Positions 46,587 through 54,195 of a DNA stretch of 54,195 nucleotides are shown here, one piece after another; the first letter of the stretch is position 1, and every line of letters starts with the position of its first letter. Source of the stretch: a virus. Lineage: Duplodnaviria > Caudoviricetes. The stretch covers positions 1-54,195 of IMG/VR virus record IMGVR_UViG_3300020201_000001. One strand, given 5' to 3'. A model generated the notes under the pieces. That model made no database searches, was not told the origin of the DNA, and worked only from the letters and a program-made list of their open reading frames with translations. Made by a program: the position numbers and the translations under genes.

Positions 46587-47940
46587 CTTAGAGCAATTAG
46601 CATTAGAAAATGAGCATAGAATACTAGGGTTACTTTGGCTATTGCCAGAGTACCTTAGTAATTTTACTTCAATGAGTTTGCTAAGTAATCGTTACGCTAT
46701 ATTAATCCTTAATAAGTTTAACGAACTACATGCTTTAGGCAGTAGCTTAGACGACGTTACAATGTTATTAGATGAGGTAGATAATCGGCATATCAAAACA
46801 GCTTTAGAAACAATAATGACACACAAAGGTTTTTATACTAAGTTACATGCAAAAGATTGGTCAACTAAGTACACACAAATACTAAAGCATTTAAAGCACA
46901 ATAAGAACCGTTTAAGAGCAGTTGATACATTAACCATAGCAATAGACTACCTAAATGAAGGGAATGCCGCAGAAGGTCTTAAAATGGTTAAGTCGATTAA
47001 CTTCCAAGAAACTAAAGTAGAATTTCCATCAACTACCCAAATGATGTTTGATAGTGTAAACGAATCTAATTCATTCAAAACAAGCGTACCTGTCATAGAT
47101 AAATTAGGTGGTTTCCAGTTAGGCGAGCTAATGGGCTTAGGTGGTGATGTAGGTTCAATGAAGACTATGTGGAGTGTATGGCTATGTTTGGAGATACTTA
47201 AACAAAACCCACAATTCAAATGTGCCTACTTTGAGAAAGAAATGCATCACAAAGTAATAGCTAATAGGTTAATATCGAATACCTTAAGTATGGATCTTAG
47301 TACTATCCATCAAATAGAATTAATAGAGAATATCCCAGAGAGATTAAAAGCACAAGCAAATATCAAGCAGTTAGTCAAAGAACAATTAGCACAAGACACG
47401 GAAATGGCAGATACTTTACAGAGATTCCAAGTTATACCTAATACTGCATTCAATACAGCCTATGATTTAGTAGATATTGCAGATAAACTGGAGGTCCAGA
47501 TATGGGGATTAGATTTCTTAAAGCTATTGTCAGACCCAACAGAAAGTTCAAGTGACAAAGATATGGAAAGGCAATTAGGCGTGCTAAAAGATTTCTCGTT
47601 ATCTAAAGAAACTTTTGGTATAATCATTTCACAACTTAACCAAAAGACAGTAGAAGTTAGAACTAACAAGATACCAATGCGAACAGACTTTGAGTGGGGT
47701 AAACAATTAAAACAATTATGTTCTTATATGTTTGCTACGTTCAATCCAGCTTACTATTACACACCAGAAGCATTAGAAGATGTCTCTGCATTTTACGTAA
47801 TGGGTTTAAAGCATAGGCATGGGATAATGGAAGATATACCATTTATTGCAGAAGCAGGTATATCTAACTTCGCACACCCAGATTATTTACGAACTAAGAA
47901 GATGAAAGCATGGCTGACGAATTACAAGAATACCAAATAA
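46573..47940 (+). CDS. DnaB-like replicative helicase
   Basis: GDVGSMKT (variant Walker A), YFEKEM, LDFLKLL, IISQLN and KHRHG motifs. Confidence 0.85.
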   Translation: MMPNNLEQLALENEHRILGLLWLLPEYLSNFTSMSLLSNRYAILILNKFNELHALGSSLDDVTMLLDEVDNRHIKTALETIMTHKGFYTKLHAKDWSTKYTQILKHLKHNKNRLRAVDTLTIAIDYLNEGNAAEGLKMVKSINFQETKVEFPSTTQMMFDSVNESNSFKTSVPVIDKLGGFQLGELMGLGGDVGSMKTMWSVWLCLEILKQNPQFKCAYFEKEMHHKVIANRLISNTLSMDLSTIHQIELIENIPERLKAQANIKQLVKEQLAQDTEMADTLQRFQVIPNTAFNTAYDLVDIADKLEVQIWGLDFLKLLSDPTESSSDKDMERQLGVLKDFSLSKETFGIIISQLNQKTVEVRTNKIPMRTDFEWGKQLKQLCSYMFATFNPAYYYTPEALEDVSAFYVMGLKHRHGIMEDIPFIAEAGISNFAHPDYLRTKKMKAWLTNYKNTK

Positions 47941-48176
47941 CGTACAAAGATAAGCCACCTTTTAACAGTGTTGCAGCATGTAGCAAGAACGAAGAATGCC
48001 CTATTGCAAGTGATTGCCTTAGGGCTATTGTATGGAAGCAACAAGGTTGGTTTGGTAGCTGGATAACTCCAGAGCATACAGGCAATGATTGTACGTTAAT
48101 TATAACAGAAAAGAAACGTGTCGAACCAGCAAAGGAACGACCAAAACCAATATTCAAATTTAGAGAACCAACTTAA
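47910..48176 (+). CDS. Small Cys-rich hypothetical protein
   Basis: C-x4-CP-x4-C-x-R pattern; start uncertain. Confidence 0.55.
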   Translation: MADELQEYQITYKDKPPFNSVAACSKNEECPIASDCLRAIVWKQQGWFGSWITPEHTGNDCTLIITEKKRVEPAKERPKPIFKFREPT

Positions 48177-48411
48177 AGGAAAACAAAATGATTGACGTTC
48201 GACAAGCAACGAGCTTTTGGGGAACGCTCGAAAATGGTGTACTAAATTACGACCTGCCATTATACGGTGCAAGCTCTGTAAATGGCGAAATGGATTGGGA
48301 GCAAAAAGAAGATGGCTCAATTTTAATAACGCATTTAGCAATTGACGAAGATGAACGACAGTATATGGTTGTTTATGAATGGAAATAATTAAAGGAAAAC
48401 AAAATGATTGA
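48173..48411 (+). repeat. 23-bp direct repeats flanking one gene
   Basis: TTAAAGGAAAACAAAATGATTGA is identical at 48173-48195 and 48389-48411. Confidence 0.9.
48188..48388 (+). CDS. Small acidic hypothetical protein
   Basis: AAGGA RBS; bracketed by the 23-bp repeats. Confidence 0.7.
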   Translation: MIDVRQATSFWGTLENGVLNYDLPLYGASSVNGEMDWEQKEDGSILITHLAIDEDERQYMVVYEWK

Positions 48412-48661
48412 TTTAAATAATCTAATTGGGAATGGTGAATGGATACGTGTCAAGTCCGATATTAACGGCAATTCAAGGCATGTAGTCCACTTCCTGAGCA
48501 TCAACAAAGATTACGACAAAGCAGTAAAGATAGCCAACAAACTTGGAGGGAAAAGATACCACAATAATAATTACGGTGGTGGTATAGTCTTCCACGTTAC
48601 ACGTGGCGAGTTACTAATATTAAGCCAAAGAATAAACAAATTAATTGGGGAGGCACAATGA
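48404..48661 (+). CDS. Conserved small phage protein (DINGNSRHVVHFL...YGGGIVF)
   Basis: AAGGA RBS; motif resembles a recurrent uncharacterised phage family. Confidence 0.7.
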   Translation: MIDLNNLIGNGEWIRVKSDINGNSRHVVHFLSINKDYDKAVKIANKLGGKRYHNNNYGGGIVFHVTRGELLILSQRINKLIGEAQ

Positions 48662-49149
48662 GTATATCCGAAGATTTAAAAAATGACATAGATGGGAGTA
48701 TCTATGATGAAGCACTTGAACAATTTAATCCATTTGAGATAAACGACTTAATGCTTGCATTAAAACATTTAGTTGTGTGTAATGTTGAACCAAAAATATT
48801 ATGGGGCTTAATTGATGAAGAAACAAAGAGGTTAGAGTGTCGTGCTTGTGATTTAGATCCTACAGCAGTTGTGTTTCAGTATTTGAAAGCTCAAGCGTTG
48901 GACGATTTAGAGATCCCAAGTTGGCTATTTGCAGATAAATATGGTAATTCATTTTGCGACGTTATCCCAGCGGAAGGAAACACTCCAACTTCATTGAAAC
49001 TGTATAAGAATGGTTTGCGATACCTTGCAAAACTCACAGAAGATTATCCATGTAGGTTTAGAGTAGAAGATCAAACTGAACCCGCCCAATGGTTCTTTAA
49101 TGAAATTGGTTATCCTGATGGGCTTATAACATTCGATGGGTGGGATTAA
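48658..49149 (+). CDS. Acidic hypothetical protein, distant paralog of 40655-41098
   Basis: DLDPTAVVF...ALDDLEI and QWFFNEI motifs. Confidence 0.7.
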   Translation: MSISEDLKNDIDGSIYDEALEQFNPFEINDLMLALKHLVVCNVEPKILWGLIDEETKRLECRACDLDPTAVVFQYLKAQALDDLEIPSWLFADKYGNSFCDVIPAEGNTPTSLKLYKNGLRYLAKLTEDYPCRFRVEDQTEPAQWFFNEIGYPDGLITFDGWD

Positions 49150-49151
49150 TA

Positions 49152-49268
49152 ATGAAGAAATTTCTTAATAGTTGTATCTACTATTTAGTAGTGTCAACAT
49201 GTGTATTGTTCTTTTCACTATTTATATGGTTAATAGTGGACTTAATTTATAGATGGGTAAACAAATGA
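49152..49268 (+). CDS. 38-aa single-pass membrane peptide, not in the ORF track
   Basis: MKKFLNSCIYYLVVSTCVLFFSLFIWLIVDLIYRWVNK; fills the gap and is ATGA-coupled to the next gene. Confidence 0.55.
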   Translation: MKKFLNSCIYYLVVSTCVLFFSLFIWLIVDLIYRWVNK

Positions 49269-49483
49269 TGACAACAAAAGACATTACCAATGAAGACGTA
49301 ATGGGGAAAATGAGCGAAGCAGTGAGATTTGCTTATAGCACTATTCACGGGCGGTTAAATGATACCGAACGTCAGTTACTTGAGACACTTGTAGCAGTTA
49401 CATATACGCAAGGTCAACAAGATGGGATGAACGAATTTGCAACGTTAATACAAACAAGCAGAGGCTATGAAATACAGCAATAA
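49265..49483 (+). CDS. Hypothetical protein
   Basis: Coupled ORF. Confidence 0.6.
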   Translation: MMTTKDITNEDVMGKMSEAVRFAYSTIHGRLNDTERQLLETLVAVTYTQGQQDGMNEFATLIQTSRGYEIQQ

Positions 49484-50378
49484 ATATAATATACCCGATG
49501 CTTTAGCCAAAGCATTTGAATGGAGTGATTACGATGGTCATAATTATGCAGGCTTATCAGTTACTACATTAATAGGTCCAGCTTACCAATGGAGCTTACG
49601 TCAGCATAATGGCGAAAACAGTATGCAAGATATTAGTGATAAATATTACACGTTCTTAGGTAGTATAGCTCACTCTATCGTAGAGAAGATAGCGGCAAGT
49701 GATGTAGATAAAAGATACTTAGTTGAGGAACGTTTTTCTCATCAATTTACTGGTGTCTCTAAAACATTCCCATTTAATGCAGTGAAAGCTACAATACATG
49801 GAAAGTTTGACATATATGACAAGGTCAATAAGAAAATACAGGATTACAAATTCACAACCAAATATCAAGTAAAGAAGTCAGCCAGCAAGGTAGAATGGAT
49901 CCAGCAATTAAACATACTTAGATACATACTTATTAAGAATGGTTTAGAAGTTGATTCACTTGATATTGTCGCCTTAATTAGAGACTTCACAATCAAAGAT
50001 AAATTTGACAAAGATTTACCTGATACATTTGTCGCAGTTATTCCTATTCCAGTATGGAGTATGGAAGAAACAGAAGAGTTCATTACCGCACGGTTAGAAG
50101 CCTTCCAAGATGCAGAGAACCAATATCAATGCAGTGCAGAAGAACGTTGGGCTACTAAGCCAGCTTATGCAGTAAAAAAAATAGGCAACATCAAAGCAAC
50201 TAAACTATTCACACATGAACATGAGGCAATCATTTACAAAGTAGAACATAAAGATAATGCAAAGTTAGAAATCATTGCAAGACCTGGAACAGATGGTAGA
50301 TGTGAAAACTATTGCAACGTAAATCAATTTTGCCAGTATTTCAAGGAGAAGCATGGACGAGAATCAACAAAGAATTGA
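49467..50378 (+). CDS. PD-(D/E)xK exonuclease (Cas4/RecB-like)
   Basis: GSIAHSIVE, GKFDIY, DYKFT, QLNIL and C-terminal CENYCNVNQFC. Confidence 0.85.
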   Translation: MKYSNKYNIPDALAKAFEWSDYDGHNYAGLSVTTLIGPAYQWSLRQHNGENSMQDISDKYYTFLGSIAHSIVEKIAASDVDKRYLVEERFSHQFTGVSKTFPFNAVKATIHGKFDIYDKVNKKIQDYKFTTKYQVKKSASKVEWIQQLNILRYILIKNGLEVDSLDIVALIRDFTIKDKFDKDLPDTFVAVIPIPVWSMEETEEFITARLEAFQDAENQYQCSAEERWATKPAYAVKKIGNIKATKLFTHEHEAIIYKVEHKDNAKLEIIARPGTDGRCENYCNVNQFCQYFKEKHGRESTKN

Positions 50379-50616
50379 AGAAGAATTACAGAAAGCACTA
50401 AGTAAAATCAATATGGCAATTTTTGGTTTCTACCAATTTAATGATCAACAAGAAGTCGAAAGTATGAAAGCTATGGTAGTCAGCAATGATTATTCAAAGC
50501 TCCATGACTTATTGTATACTTTAGGCTCACAAGATGTAAGAGTACGTAACATTATCTTTTCAGCAACTGAATCTTTAAAGAAAAGTTATATACCTTTGCA
50601 ATTGAATAAAAATTAA
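50353..50616 (+). CDS. Hypothetical protein
   Basis: AAGGAG RBS; last gene before the terminator. Confidence 0.65.
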   Translation: MDENQQRIEEELQKALSKINMAIFGFYQFNDQQEVESMKAMVVSNDYSKLHDLLYTLGSQDVRVRNIIFSATESLKKSYIPLQLNKN

Positions 50617-50653
50617 CAGTAGGAATTGAACAATAGTTTTATGTAATTTTGCA
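50591..50653 (+). promoter_or_regulatory. Two Bacteroidota-type -7 boxes upstream of the portal gene
   Basis: TACCTTTG(CA) at 50591 and TAATTTTG(CA) at 50644; no canonical -33 TTTG seen at the expected spacing. Confidence 0.45.
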
Positions 50654-50668
50654 TAAATGATTTATCAC

Positions 50669-50694
50669 AAGTAGCAGAAATGCTACTTTTTTTT
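50669..50694 (+). terminator. Intrinsic terminator between the early/replication and late modules
   Basis: AAGTAGCA-gaaa-TGCTACTT running into T8. Confidence 0.75.
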
Positions 50695-50703
50695 AAGGTA
50701 GTT

Positions 50704-52998
50704 ATGGCAGATACGACAGAAAAATACAAAAGATACGACGAATTATTTCAACGTGCAGTTAATGCAGCCAACCCAATGAAGTTATATCGTCTCCGATGTG
50801 AAGAATTTGCATTCAATGATGTAGATGGTACTTTATCACAATGGAATAAAAAACAAAAAGATACAATCAAGCGTGAGTACGATATACCTATCTCAACTAA
50901 GATAGCCTTCCCTATAATAGAACAGCTCACTGCAATGCTTACAGCATCAGCACCGTTCCCAAGATTAACAGCAACTACTATAGAACTTAAAGAATTTGTT
51001 GCAGCTTATGAAGGAGCTTATGCAGCAACGTGGTACGAATGCAAAGGTAACACAGCTTTAAAGTTAGCAATACAAGATGCATTGACAGTAGGTAGTGGCT
51101 ACTTGCACGGACGTAAAGCAAGTCTTTTAACTGAAACAACTTTTGGTGTAGTATTAGAGCATATCAGTTGGAAGAATGTATGGATTGATCCAGATAGTAA
51201 AAAAGCAGATTTAAGTGATGCACGTTATGTTATAATCGCAGAGCTTGTTACCAAAGAAAAAGCAGAAGAAGATTACGATATTAATCTTACCAAAGAAGAT
51301 ATGCTAAACTTTAATGACTTTCATTCAAGCATAGGTGATGAGAACCAATATTTATTCCCCACATCTTACACAAAAGAAAAAGAGTATGTATGGTTACGTA
51401 GAGTGTACGAGTATGAAGTGATTAACCTATATGCCACAGAAGAGGGTCAAATTTCGCTTAAGAAACCAAAGCCACGTGATATACCGAATCCAGAGAAAGA
51501 AGCTCTTAGAAACGAAATACAGACCAAATTAGACGGCACGAAAGAAACAGAAGCAGCGTTAGTAAACGTAGAGAACCAAGCACGACCGATGCCAGATGCC
51601 CCAATGACGCAACAAGACACTGCAGCAAATGCTAAAGAAATGGCAAGCGAAGGTACTGATGCTATGCAAGATGATATGGAGACCATACAAGCATTGACAT
51701 TGCAATATGATGAATTACCTAACACAATTACTATCTATGACTTTATTTTAGAAAATGGTGAATCAATAGAAGTTCGATCATTTGAAAGGATGAAAGATAA
51801 AAGAGTACGTGAAATAGAATTAGTAGGACGTAGAATTGTGTCTAATGCTATTGTACCTTCGTTAGACAAGTTACCTGTTGTACATATTACTTTCTCACAC
51901 AATCGTAGCCCTAACTTAACCTATGGTTTAGTACATTACATGATGGATATGATTAAAGCTCTGAATAAAATCTTTGCAATGTTACTGAAGGATATGCAGA
52001 CTAATGGTAATCGGAAAGTATTACTTGCGAAAGGTAGTGTTCAAAGCGTAGTTGATTTTGAAAGTAAATGGTCACAACCTAACGCAGTCAATGAATACAT
52101 ACCTAATCCAAGTATGGATGATGGTGGTAAACCGCACGTTGTAGAACCTTCTCCAATGAACCAATCTTATACGTATCTAATTGATAAATTCCAGTCACTC
52201 ATAGAATATACGACAGGTATTAACTCTATGACTATGGGTAACCCACAAGGCGATCAACCTACTACTTATGGTGTGGCACAACAAATGGCTTCATTTGGTA
52301 CGCAAAGAATCAAAATGTATGCCCGTACATTGGAAGGACCTTTAGAAGATTTTGCTGAAGTAATCGTAGCATACTTGAATGCTTATGGTAATAGAGATAA
52401 GATAAGTCATTACTTTGATGCCAATGGCGAGTTGAAAACTGCACAGATATTAGACGACGGCACGATTGACATACGTTTCAAAGTACGTGTGGACGTAGGG
52501 AGTAATTTACCTACTACAAGACAAATGTTTGCACAAATGTTATCATTACTATCAAGTCAAACTAAGAACCCGCAAGTAGCAGACCAATTAACCAAAGTAT
52601 TACTTGAGAATGTAGATATGCCAGCGGCAGACAAGTTAGCTAAAGAGATTGATCAAATTACTCAATTGACACAACAAATTGAAGAAAGCAAAAAACAATT
52701 GAAAGCATTAGAAGGCGAGAATAAATCACTGAAATTTAATTTAGAACAAACTCAAATTTCAGCTAAAGTAAAAGAAGAAGCAATGAAGATAATTCAAGAA
52801 ATGAGAATGAACCCTGATAAGGCACAAGAAGTCTTAGATACGCAAATCAAAACAGAAGGCGAGGCGGGTAATCCATTGACTAATTACTTAGAACAAAACC
52901 AAGAACAAGAACAAGCACCAGAACTACAAGGTGGGCAACCAGCAGAAGCATTGCCACCACAAGAACAAGCACCACCAATTGAAGAACCAATATTTTAA
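50704..52998 (+). CDS. Portal protein (P22-like podovirus type)
   Basis: DALTVGSGYL, NVWIDPDS...DLSDARYVI, LPVV...YGLV...MIKALNK and TTGINS..MG motifs; C-terminal coiled coil. Confidence 0.9.
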   Translation: MADTTEKYKRYDELFQRAVNAANPMKLYRLRCEEFAFNDVDGTLSQWNKKQKDTIKREYDIPISTKIAFPIIEQLTAMLTASAPFPRLTATTIELKEFVAAYEGAYAATWYECKGNTALKLAIQDALTVGSGYLHGRKASLLTETTFGVVLEHISWKNVWIDPDSKKADLSDARYVIIAELVTKEKAEEDYDINLTKEDMLNFNDFHSSIGDENQYLFPTSYTKEKEYVWLRRVYEYEVINLYATEEGQISLKKPKPRDIPNPEKEALRNEIQTKLDGTKETEAALVNVENQARPMPDAPMTQQDTAANAKEMASEGTDAMQDDMETIQALTLQYDELPNTITIYDFILENGESIEVRSFERMKDKRVREIELVGRRIVSNAIVPSLDKLPVVHITFSHNRSPNLTYGLVHYMMDMIKALNKIFAMLLKDMQTNGNRKVLLAKGSVQSVVDFESKWSQPNAVNEYIPNPSMDDGGKPHVVEPSPMNQSYTYLIDKFQSLIEYTTGINSMTMGNPQGDQPTTYGVAQQMASFGTQRIKMYARTLEGPLEDFAEVIVAYLNAYGNRDKISHYFDANGELKTAQILDDGTIDIRFKVRVDVGSNLPTTRQMFAQMLSLLSSQTKNPQVADQLTKVLLENVDMPAADKLAKEIDQITQLTQQIEESKKQLKALEGENKSLKFNLEQTQISAKVKEEAMKIIQEMRMNPDKAQEVLDTQIKTEGEAGNPLTNYLEQNQEQEQAPELQGGQPAEALPPQEQAPPIEEPIF

Positions 52999-53005
52999 GG
53001 AAAGT

Positions 53006-53971
53006 ATGGAAAACGAAGAAGAACAAGAACAACAAGTAGGCGAAGAAGAATACGACGAACAAGCGTATGACGAAGCAGAAAACTACGATGAGAATGATTA
53101 TGAAGAAGATGAAGAAGAAGATGAACAGCAAGCAGGTTACGAAGAAATTACGTTGCCTGATTATGTTCCAGATGATTTAGTCCCACCTGACTTTAAAGAT
53201 GAAGAAGAAGAATTAGCGTTCTATCGTAGCAATTACAGTAAGGCAGTTAGTTTAGTCACTTCACCTGAATTTGGCGATGTAGTACTTAAAGAGTATGAAG
53301 ACAAGCTAATAGAGAAAGAACAAGACCATGAACGTTTTAAAGCACTTAAAGTGGCATTCGATAGCAATCCAGAAGCAGCTATTAAATTTTACTTCCCAGA
53401 AGCTTTAGAGCAACGTGGTTACCGTACCACTATATCTGGCGACGAAGCAGAGCAATGGGTGTCTTCTAAAATGGCGGATGAATTTGGTGAAGATTATCTG
53501 GAAAGATATGATTCAGAAGAAGCAGGTTTGAAACCTAAATCTGAAAGTGCAAAGATGTGGGCAGTCTATGATAAAACCAAAGCAGAATTGGCACAACATA
53601 ACGAAAGAGCAAAGCAAGTTGAAGATCAATCAAGACCTTTAAGCACAGAAGCTAAAACAGAATTGTTGCAAAAACAGTATGAAGAAACCTTTAAAAGCTT
53701 TATGTCAAAAGATGAGTATGAAGTTTTTCTTGGAGAAGCCAGTGAAAAGTCCTTAACTTTGTTAGACGTTTTTCGTGCATTCAACTTTGATCATTACATA
53801 ACAGCGGCAGAAGACGATGGTTATAAACGTGGTAAACGTGATGCAATTAACGGAGTACGGAAATCAGTCCGCACGACAGTAGTACAAGCAGAACGTCCTA
53901 TGAAGCCAAAAGAAGACGTAAGATACAATAACCCAGTAGAAATGTTTAATGCATTAAAATATCGCAAATAA
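53006..53971 (+). CDS. Putative capsid scaffolding protein
   Basis: Very acidic, helical, between portal and capsid; AAGGA RBS before ATG 53006. Confidence 0.7.
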   Translation: MENEEEQEQQVGEEEYDEQAYDEAENYDENDYEEDEEEDEQQAGYEEITLPDYVPDDLVPPDFKDEEEELAFYRSNYSKAVSLVTSPEFGDVVLKEYEDKLIEKEQDHERFKALKVAFDSNPEAAIKFYFPEALEQRGYRTTISGDEAEQWVSSKMADEFGEDYLERYDSEEAGLKPKSESAKMWAVYDKTKAELAQHNERAKQVEDQSRPLSTEAKTELLQKQYEETFKSFMSKDEYEVFLGEASEKSLTLLDVFRAFNFDHYITAAEDDGYKRGKRDAINGVRKSVRTTVVQAERPMKPKEDVRYNNPVEMFNALKYRK

Positions 53972-53995
53972 TTATTTATCAATAAAGGAGCTGAT

Positions 53996-54195
53996 ATGGC
54001 AATATCACCACAAATAGGCAGGTTAGGAGAAGTTTACGGAGGACTTCATACGTCGGGTAAGATACCTCAAGACATCCTAAAAGGTGGCATGGATGAGATG
54101 GGTAAACTTATCTATATGACCAAAGAAATGAGCAAGTTCTCACATTTTATCCATACAAGATTTGGAAAAGATAAACGGACAGTAAATACCAGGGA
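53996..54195 (+). CDS. Major capsid protein, 5' part (continues at position 1)
   Basis: AAGGAG RBS; MAISPQIGRLGEVYGGLHTSGKIPQDILKGG reads in frame into MDEMGK. Confidence 0.85.
   Translation, partial: MAISPQIGRLGEVYGGLHTSGKIPQDILKGGMDEMGKLIYMTKEMSKFSHFIHTRFGKDKRTVNTR
54069..54195. repeat. Terminal direct repeat, right copy
   Basis: Identical to bases 1-127. Confidence 0.97.

Noticed and set aside
50680-50703. Portal start at ATG 50680
   Set aside because: It lies inside the terminator hairpin; ATG 50704 has an AAGG upstream.
54069-54195. 127-bp terminal repeat as a biological direct terminal repeat
   Set aside because: It falls inside the capsid ORF and its length matches a common assembler k-mer, so it indicates circularity only.
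1-54195. Stop-codon reassignment as in some crAss-like phages
   Set aside because: Genes tile densely in the standard code, and TAG and TGA both end genes at coupled junctions.

Overview
The window is a complete circularly permuted dsDNA phage genome of 54,068 bp; bases 54069-54195 repeat bases 1-127, a typical assembly overlap. It appears to be a lytic podovirus. The late module runs portal, scaffold, major capsid (spanning the window ends), adaptor/tail proteins, GH108 endolysin, tail fibre, ejected proteins, a 4009-aa virion protein, holin and terminase. The giant protein carries R-x-P and DFDKD two-barrel RNA polymerase motifs plus an EExxH zincin-like motif, resembling crAss-like virion RNAPs, but the genome is much smaller and has a T7-like gene order. 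A 1.7-kb divergent control region (35.1-36.8 kb) holds an AT-rich tract, a (GTGC)6 repeat, two DnaA-box-like 9-mers, a shared promoter-like motif, and c-GAA-g DNA hairpins that always lie on the template strand of the outward operons. These hairpins are candidate virion-RNAP promoters. The control region is flanked by an early region with 11 modularly shuffled paralogs ending in FKFWLT and several other duplicated genes. Replication genes include a Rad52/Sak-like annealer, a DnaB-like helicase and two PD-(D/E)xK nucleases. I recognised no DNA polymerase, primase, integrase, reverse transcriptase or tRNA. TAnnTTTG promoter boxes and a Gln-starting mature secreted protein suggest a Bacteroidota/FCB host. 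All calls come from reading motifs by eye; no searches were run.
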